DNA of 64,000 nucleotides. Origin: the human T2T-CHM13v2.0 reference genome, Homo sapiens. The notes beneath the pieces are model-generated. The model did not search any database. It saw only the letters and a program-made list of their open reading frames with translations, and was not told where the DNA came from. The position numbers were made by a program, and so were the translations under genes. The stretch lies in NCBI RefSeq assembly GCF_009914755.1, contig NC_060947.1; one strand, written 5' to 3'. Each line of letters starts with the position of its first letter. The stretch's first letter is position 1. Shown here one piece after another: positions 55,059 through 64,000 of this stretch.

Positions 55059-55632
55059 CTGCGGTGAACAGGCTGTAAGGTGGTCCCTCATGATCCCTTC
55101 CTCCTGGAGTTTACGCCTTTGTATAATCTTTCCCCTTGAGTATGGTTAGTAACTATGGCTTTCATATAATCAATAAAATACAGCACATGTGACAGAATAT
55201 CTTTATTGTGATAATGCTCCACAGTTCATAGCACCAATCTTACTAGAGGACATAAATTCCCTTTCTGGATTTGATAAAGCAAATTGACATGAGATTTTCC
55301 TATAGAGAAAGCCACATGGCAAAAAAGTGAAGGGTATCTTCAGCAGATGGCCATTGAGAAATTTTGGCCCTTAGTCTGATAGCCTGCAAAAAATGGAATG
55401 CTGCCAGCAACCACTGGAGCTTGAGAGGAAATTCTCCTCTGGTTGAGCCTCAGATAAGACCACACCATTGGCTAACATCTTGACTGCAGCTTTGTGAGAT
55501 GCTGAAAGAGAGGATCCAGTTAAGCTGTTATCAAACTCCCGATCCCTAAAAACTGTGTGATGATAAGTATGTATTCTTTCAATCAACTAAGTTTGTGCTG
55601 ACATTTTTAAGTGGCAATAGATAACTGATATA
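55059..55632 (+). mobile_element. MLT1-type MaLR LTR
   Basis: 'aaggtggtccctcatgatcc...ctccccttgag' type start and 'gcaatagataactgatat' end. Confidence 0.65.
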
Positions 55633-58539
55633 TTACAAAATACTAAGTGAAAAAGCAGGATGAAAACTGTGTATTGTGCCTGTATTTCTTCTCAATAACA
55701 GCCCCCAAATCTCAATGACTTACAAAAAACATCTACTTTGAAATTGCATTACATGTTATAAGTTTCAGGGCACTGGTAGCTACTGTGACTCTGCTTAGTT
55801 TTCCTTACTTCTGATTTAGTTCCATATATGTTCTGATTCCGGGACCTTGGCTAAAGGAACAGCCCCTGTGTTAGGCGTTCCTATTCTTGTCCTAAAAAGG
55901 AAGAGCGTGAACTATGAGCTTAATCTGAACCACACAGTAACATTTAAAGCTTCTGCTCAGATGGGACTTACGTTACATCAGTTTGTTATGGTTATAGGAT
56001 TGGAATCCCATTTCTCAGCTGGAGTATCAGGCTCATCTCCTACAGGCTTCTCACAGTCCCTTGTTATGGGCCTTCTTGTAGGTCTGGTCTCAACAGTGAG
56101 CAGCAGGATTTCTCACATTGAATCTCCCTCATGATTCAAATCTCTCTGTCTTCCACTTCTATGAGCAGCCAGAGAAACTCAGTGCTTTTAAAGGGCTCAC
56201 CTGATCAGGTCAGGTCCACTCAGATAATCTCCATCTATTGAAGTCAATTTACTTGAAACTTGAATTGTATGTGTAGAAACCCATCATAGTAGTACCTCAG
56301 TTCATGTTTGATTGAATAACCAGTGATGAGAATCTTGGGGAGGGAAGGCACCTTTAGAATTCTGCCCACCACACTTATGTGTTACTTTTGTTATCAGAAA
56401 AAAAAAACACATTTAAAAGATTCGAAAATACACTGCCAATTAAAACTGAGAGGAAGCAGGGAACAAACATTCACTTTGGAATCAGACAAAGCCATTTTCA
56501 AATCATGTTTTATTCACCTACCTATGTGCACTTTGGATAACTTATTTGACATGTGGGTACAGTAATAATGAACTCATTTGGTTGTTTTGGATACTACGTG
56601 GGATGATGTTTGTAACATGCCTAGCATAGCTCCTAACTCTCCAATTGAAGGCTTCCCAGTATTGGAAGCTCAGATCTTGATTTTACAGTAAATTTTACAT
56701 CAAATAAATTCCTGATGGTGACTGTGCAAGTAAAGAAAGTCAATAAAAGATTAGATAAGTAGACAGATCGATATATTTATATGGTAAATATATACTTAAG
56801 ATATATTTGCGACTTGATACAACCTGTTTATTAAGATATTATAATTAAAATTATTATAGAAAGTGCAGGATTCCATCTGTATCACATGTGTTTTTCTTAT
56901 TCTTGGCAAGGAGGTTGAGTGTAAAAAGAATATGAGATGTTTCTTTACTCAGGCTATGCGTAGTTTTTCTTCACAGTGCCTTGTAGCATGTGCCAAAAGA
57001 GATGATGAGAAACCAGGTCTGAAATAAAACCCATTTTTTTCATAAAGAATTACAATTCATCTTTATTTCATTTCCAAGACCATTGCCTTGGTGTTTTAAA
57101 ATAAATTTTACTTGGAAGATGAGCAATAATCACGGAAGGAAAGGCAATGAAATATCTAATCAATGCCACTGATACACGGCTGTCTAACTGGCAAATGCAA
57201 AGCTAGAAAAACAGTCTAAAATGTCAGTTCCATATTATGTATCCACGGTAATAACTTTCATATCACCAAAATGAAATAGCACCACAAATTAGAAACTTAT
57301 CACAGTACATATGGAAGGGTCCTGAGAAATATTCAAATTTAATGTCATCATTTCTCAGATGAGGAAACTGAGATGTGGAGAGCAGAAGGTGTCTGCTCAG
57401 TACTTCACATCAAGTTCTTCTCTTGAGTTCTTTTTAGAGCAGTGGGGTAAATAGAAACCTTGTCATCTTTAGCAAGGTAATGACTGGCTCATCATTTCTT
57501 TGTTAACAAGATACTTGTCTACTTAGAACATTTCTTCCTCATAGTAATTTATGACCAGCTAGGTTGGGCATATGGTCAAATACAAGAAATGCATATTCAA
57601 TGAGTTTATTTTCTTCTTTCTGTTCTCCTTTCTTTATTCTATGTTCATAAGGTCTGCCCATACCCCACCCAAATAGAATGCCAGTAAGCACATGTTTTAT
57701 TCTGCACCTCTTCTCTCTTACCTGAATCTCAGGAAGGGTCATGATATACTCATTCACATTGAGATGTTTTCAATTGATAAGGCCTAAGAAATCAGTTTTT
57801 CTAGACATGTCTATGTGTTCATAGAAGACAAAGGAATGCACTTTATAATTGGAGAATCATCAGGTATCAATTAGCTCAACTGGGAGAGGAGGATTTATTC
57901 AAAGTGGAATGGGTTTTTAGACTAGTACAAATCATGGGCTGGAAATCACAGGAAAACACCATCTTTTCAAGCCCACTGCTAAAGCCTGTTGATATTTGGC
58001 AGGCTATAAATCTATGATTTGTATAACCCAAGGCTTTGCCAGAGGGCGATTCTCTGGCAATGTTTCCTTCCGGACACATGCAAATTACCTCACAGGAGTT
58101 GTTACACTGCCAGTTATTTTGGATGAAGACATAGCCATAAAATGGAAAAAGACCATGTGGAGAGAGGAGTGCTCCTCATCAGATGGAAGTGCCCTAAAAA
58201 GGTTATGCCATAGTTGGATCAATGCTGACATGTCTCAGATATAAAGAGGATGAAAAAGTGAGAAGAAAGCTTACCTTTTTTTTCATTACATATACCCTTT
58301 GGACAGTATATCCCCATTCTTTCTTACTTTCAAGGTCCATATTAAGTCCCATTTACATCAGAGTTCTCATAAACTTCTCAGAGTTAACATGTTCAGTTAG
58401 GAGCAAGAGCCAGTAGTATATTGAGGACTTGAGACGGCTATAGAGTGTCTTTTGCCCAGCATGACAGTAGCCATAGCAGTGACCTGCAAGGTAGCATGGT
58501 CTGTCCCAAGAAATATAGTGCGAGCTGAGTGACCAAATA

Positions 58540-60200
58540 CAAAAAGCATGGATTGAAAGAAGTTATATTTCCACTTAGGATGTAGAAAGCTGCAAGAGTG
58601 TGTTGCTTCTATCCTAACAATAATAAAAAAACAGCTAATTTACAAAACCATAACTATTTCTGAGTTGCTCCGTTTGCAAAGGTTTCAAAGCAACCAGATG
58701 AACTAAATTCCAAAGAATGACAAGCCCCTTTGCCTTTGAAGAGAGGCAAAGAACATACACTATTTTATCTTTTAGAGAGCATGGGAGAAAGGGGTGGCCC
58801 ACAAAAAGCAGGTAAATAGAAAATAACTTGAATTTTAATTGATTCTTAAAAATCTACTGTGGGCTACTAATTAATCTAGAGCACTTGAAAGACTCAGACA
58901 AAATGAGAGTCTGTCCTCACTCATAATATGTTTTTTCCTGGGCCTTCACTAGCTGCTCATAAGAAAAGTTGAAAGCAGTAAGACCTAACAGGATGCCCTT
59001 TATCTGTGTTGCAGGCAAATAGGTGGTGATAAGCTGCCACTGGGAGAGAGGCAGAAAATCTTGCCTACTTTCCTGGACTTTGTTCACATCCCAATCATAA
59101 GCCACCTGCTACAGGAAGAAGGGGAGGAAATCCTACTGTCCCAGGACAAAGTCCTGTGATTTCTGGAAGAAAGGTAGACACAAGTTTCATCTGCCTTTGG
59201 GAAAAGAGTAGAAAACATTCTCAATCCTAGGAGATTAGCTACCACTGGAAAAGGGGCAGAAAACTTTCTTCCATCCAATACACTGACTGATATGACAGAA
59301 AGATAGAGATTGACTGTCACCAGTAAAGAAGGCAGGAGCACTATGAAATCCCCATCTCTGAGGCTCATGTGCACAGTGTTAAAAACTGAGGATGCAATTG
59401 AAGAATGAGGACCTCCCCTGCCAACAGCACAAGCCTCTTACTGAGTAACAAGGAAAAGCAGTCTACTGCTGAGACAATGCAAGCATGCGGAGAGAGAACA
59501 CTCTGTTGCACAGGCATACGAGGCTTGCCAAAAGCTGAGGGTGGAACAGGAATACCAAGAAAATCCTTCAAGCATTTTGAGCTCAGCTACTGACTAGATT
59601 GACTCAACACCATGTATTAACAACAGCCTGACAAAAGAAATGGAATACACATTTCTGGGCAAAAATACTACTACCTAATTAAGGAAATACAAATTAAAAC
59701 AACCTCAATTATATATCAGCAATATGTACTAGAATGGTTACAAATAAAAGACCTGGCAATAACAAATGCTTGTATGGATGCAAAGTGAAGAGATCTCTCA
59801 TAGATTGCTGGTGGGGATGCAGAATGGACAACCACTTTAGAACACAGTTTTGCATTTTCTTATAAAGTTAAATATAGTCTTAACACATGGCCCAACAGCA
59901 ATTCCACTCCCTGGTAAAGAAAATTAAAATTTGTATTTACACAAAAACCTCTATATGAATGGTGGGAGTGAATGTATTCATAATCACCAAAAACTGGAAG
60001 AGGCCATTTTCATCAGTTGGGGAAAGGATAAGCAAAATGTGGTATATTCATTCATACAATGCAAAAATACTCTATATTGAAAGTGATAAATGACTGGTGA
60101 ACTCAACAACATAAATATATCTTATAAAAATTATGCTACATGAAAGAAGTTAAAAAGACTACATAATGTATTATTCAATGTATATAAAATTAAAGGAAAA
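58540..60200 (+). mobile_element. Old L1M fragments (5' region and 3' end)
   Basis: 'aggaaatacaaattaaaac', 'acaaatgcttgtatggatg...gctggtggggatgcagaatgg'; boundaries approximate. Confidence 0.5.
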
Positions 60201-63200
60201 GCAAAATAAGATCAGTAATGTCAGAAAATTGGAAAAATAGGAGTTCTTGCGCTTTACTCCCCAGCACAGAAATTCAACTATCAACTACCCACAGGCAAGA
60301 ATCCCATCCCAAATATCCCAGAATGTGGCAATGAGACTGAGCCACTTGGATGCAAAACTGAGAAAAGCCACAATGAAATTATAAGAGAAATAGTTATTTT
60401 TGATCAGACTGCCCCTCTTCCTAGCTAGCACAGCACCACACAAAAAGAACTTGCCTGGTCCTATGGTTTCTACAGTGGGAAAAGTGAGTTGGAGGTGCCC
60501 ATGAAGCTTCGCTACCATGCTGAGGCCCTTCAAAGGAGGGTCACTCATGTCTCAACCCACAAGCAACATTAGGAGTACCAGCAGTGCTAGATCACCCGGG
60601 TTCAGTTAGAAATAAAGAATGCCGGTGAGACACACAGTTACCAGTGTGTGGATCCAGATGATTGCTATGCCTTCTGGCCAAGAAAAGCACCACACTAGAG
60701 AAGCTAACCAACAGCATCATGCTGCTGGAAACGTGGTCCATTGGTCTTACAGGTTTGAATCCCTAGCGAGGTTCTCCACACAACCTAGGTGCTCTTGATA
60801 AGTATTCCTCAGGTTGAGAGGCAAGTGTACGTTGGCGATTACCCATAGAGGGAGCATCTGGACCCCACTCAACCCTAGTAGTGAAGAGGTAATCTAAGCT
60901 CCGAGGCTCATGTTAATTCTTCCCCAGGTTAGAAAGCATTTGCAGGTCAGTGATTACATGTGCGGTGAGCATGCGACCATGTTTAATCTTAGCAGTGAAT
61001 AGGTAATCCAACCAAGTTCCAATGCTTACATTCAATCTTTTTCAGACTGGGAAGCAACTGAAGGTCAGCAATCACCCACAGAGAAAGCATCTGGCTTCAC
61101 CCAACCCCAGCTGCAGAGTGGTGACTTCACCAAATTTCAGTGCTATACTGAAGCCTACCCTAGGCCAGGAGGCAAGCCCAAGTCTAAACATATCCACGGA
61201 CCACAGCCTCTGGGTTTTCCCACCCCATGTGGCTGAGTAGTAACCCCAAAGACTTCAACCAGTCTTGAAGTCCACCACACATACCTGCTCAGCTACAGAT
61301 TCCAAATAACAGTACCATTGAGCCAGGGATGACGGCCTTCAACCTTACCTGATCAGAGAAAATTACAGATCACTGGCAATAACATCATTTGGTGGCAGAG
61401 TATAGTCACTGATTTCACCAGACCATGGAATACAGCCAGCATTACCATTCAACCTCAGACCATAGGAGGTGGTCCAGCCCATCTAGAGAATCTGACACGA
61501 AGGTCTGCCTGTTAGGCATTACTGCCAACTCATACAGAAACCCAGGACAGACTAAATAGTAAATATCTATCACCACCAACGGGCACCCGCAAAGGCTGGA
61601 AGAGTCAGCCGTTTTCTCAAATGTGCAGGCTTCAACATAAGGACACAATAATAATGAAAAATCAGGGAAATATCACACCACCAAAACAAATTAATAAAGC
61701 TCTAAAAATGGACCCAGGAGCAATGAAGATTTATTAGATGATTGACGAAGAATTCAGAATAATCTTAAGGAAGTTCATGGAACTATAAAAAGTAATGGTA
61801 GAAAACTAAAAAAAAATTTGGAAAACAATTCATGAACAAAATGAAAAGTTTGGCAACATATTAGAAACAATAAAAAATACAAATAGAAATCCTAACGATA
61901 ACGAATACAGTAGCTGAACTAAAAAAATATCAATAGAAAGCTTGAACAGCAGACTTGATCAAACAGAAGAAGAATCAATGAGCTTGAAAACAGAACATCT
62001 GAAATTATTCAATCAGAGGAGAAACACAATATAATAATAAAGAAAGCCTATGGGAATTATGAGATACTATCAGTTGAACTGCCTTTTGCATAATAAGAGG
62101 TATTGAAGGAGAAGAAAAGGCCTAGAAAGGATATTTAAGTATATAATGGCTGAAAATTTCCCAAATCTGGGGAATGATGACAGCATCCAGGTACAGGAAG
62201 CTCAGATGTCACCAATCAAATTTAGCCCAAAAGATGCACCAAGTGGCATTATAATCAAATTACCAAAAATCAAAGGTGAAGAACACTGAAATTAGCAGCA
62301 GATAAAAAACACATCACATTTAAAGTAACCCCAATAAAACTTTCAGGGAATTTATCAGCAGATAATTCCCAGGAGTTAGTAGAGCGATATATCCAAAGTG
62401 CTGAAGGGAACAAAAGAAGGAACTGCCCACCAGGAATACTTTGCAGACACAGCTGTCATTCAGAAATGAGGATAAAATTAAAACTTTCCCAGACAAACAA
62501 AAGTGAAGAAAGTTTGTCACCAGTAGGCCCCCTTGATTAAAATTACTAAAGGGAGTTATTTAATCTAAATGAAAGGCTGCTAATTAGTGACAAAAGCATT
62601 TGAAAAAATTCATTGATGTAAGTAATACATAGTTACACTCAAAATTCTCTAATTCTAAAAGCAATTTTATCCCTACTAGGAGGATTAAAAGAAAAACCTA
62701 AAAGTAACTACTATAGCTACAGTAAATTGTTAAGACATACAAATTACAAAAGTAAGTGTAAATGTTGACATCATGTTATAAAAGGTTAGAGAGGTAGTGA
62801 AAATGTGAAGTTTTGTGTGCAATTAAAGGAAAGTTATTATCAGCTTAAAGTAGCCTGTTATAAACACATGAACACATAGAGTGCAAGAATACACACAGGG
62901 TCTTTCGTAGGGTGGAGGGTAGGAGGAGGGAGAGGATCAGGAAATATAACTAATGGGTACTAGGCTTAATACCAGTGATAAAATAATCTGAACAACAAAC
63001 CCCATGACACAAACCTGATCATGTAGCCCTGAACTTAAACGTTAAAAATATATTTTATGTAAGCCTTATGGTAACTACAAAGGAAAAACCTATAGTAGTT
63101 GCACAAAATACAAAAAGAAAGCATTCAAAGAATACAGAAATTTATTAAGCCACAGGGAAGAGAGCAAGAGAGGAAGAAAGAAATAAGTGACCTACAAAAC

Positions 63201-64000
63201 AATCAGAAAACAAATTATAAAATTTCTGTAGCAAGTCCTCACCTAACAATAATTACCTTGAATGCAAATGAATTACATTTGCCTATAAAAAGACATAGGA
63301 CCAGAAATACCATTTGACCCAGCAATCCCACTACTGTGTATATACCCAAAGGAATATAAGTCATTCTGATCTAAAGATACATGCACACTTATGTTCATTG
63401 CAGCACTATTCACAATAGCAAAGACACGGAATAAACACAAATGTCCATGAATGATAGACTGGATAAAGAAAATGTGGTACATATACACCATGGAATACTA
63501 TGCAGCCATAAAAAGGAATAATATCATTTCCTTTGCAGGAGGATGGGGAGAGCTGGAAGCCATTATCATCAGCAAACTAACACAGGAACAGAAAACCAAA
63601 CACCACATGTTCTCACCTATAAGTGGGAGCTGAACTGAGAACACATGGACACAGGAAGGGAAACAACACACAGTGGGGCCTGTTGGAGGGGTGGCAAGAG
63701 GGAGAGCATCAGGATAAATAGCTAATGCATGTGGGTCTGAATACCTAGGTGATGGGTTGATAGGTGCAGCAAACCACCATGACACATGTTTACCTGTGTA
63801 ACCTGCACGTTGTGCACATGAACACAGAACTTAACATAAAATTTAAAAAAAGAATAAAATAAAAGAGAACATGACTTTGGCATTTTACAAAAGGCAAAAG
63901 AAGACATAAAAGTGCCTGAATAAATTTTTTGAAAAACTAGATCCAACCATATTCTGCTTATTTACCTTTGTAGTAGAACACACATAGACTGAAATTAAAG
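60200..64000 (+). mobile_element. Old L1 (5'UTR, ORF1, ORF2 start) containing younger L1PA 3' ends at about 62865-63045 and 63296-63860
   Basis: ORF1-like 'aatagaaagcttgaacagcagacttgatcaaacagaagaa'; ORF2 start SPHLTIITLNANELHLPIKRHR; inserted MIDWIKKMWYIYTMEYYAAIK piece with its own A tail. Confidence 0.8.

Noticed and set aside
57850-58500. Apparently unique, moderately GC-rich segment with short ORFs
   Set aside because: No recognisable protein homology, splice structure or repeat identity that I can support without a database search

Overview
Primate (human-like) genomic DNA, AT-rich and mostly transposon-derived, recognisable as the X-linked SPANX-N2 locus (Xq27.3, from recall of the protein). 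The only intact protein-coding gene is the two-exon, minus-strand SPANXN2: exon 1 CDS 45684-45607, exon 2 CDS 37515-37051, 180 aa, with a 7 x 39-bp acidic coding minisatellite. Its 8,091-bp intron is almost entirely a decayed, antisense class I (HERV-F-like, tRNA-Phe PBS) provirus that ends 7 bp from exon 1. Upstream is an L1PA element whose ORF1 carries a solo LTR12 (ERV9) with nine intact CCAAT boxes, pointing at SPANXN2 in the sense direction. The left end holds a processed HNRNPH1 pseudogene with only one of the parent's two C-terminal repeats. The rest is nested Alu, L1, L2, MIR, MaLR, MER52, Tigger1 and MER58 debris. No prokaryote-type systems (CRISPR, operons) are present, and most short ORFs in the track are repeat artefacts. 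The best new leads are a possible retroelement-built regulatory circuit around SPANXN2, a 19-bp hairpin array in the provirus leader, a copy of the promoter CCAAT element pasted 1 kb upstream, and several junctions recording unusual insertion events. Subfamily names and parent-sequence comparisons are from memory and need RepeatMasker/Dfam or alignment confirmation.
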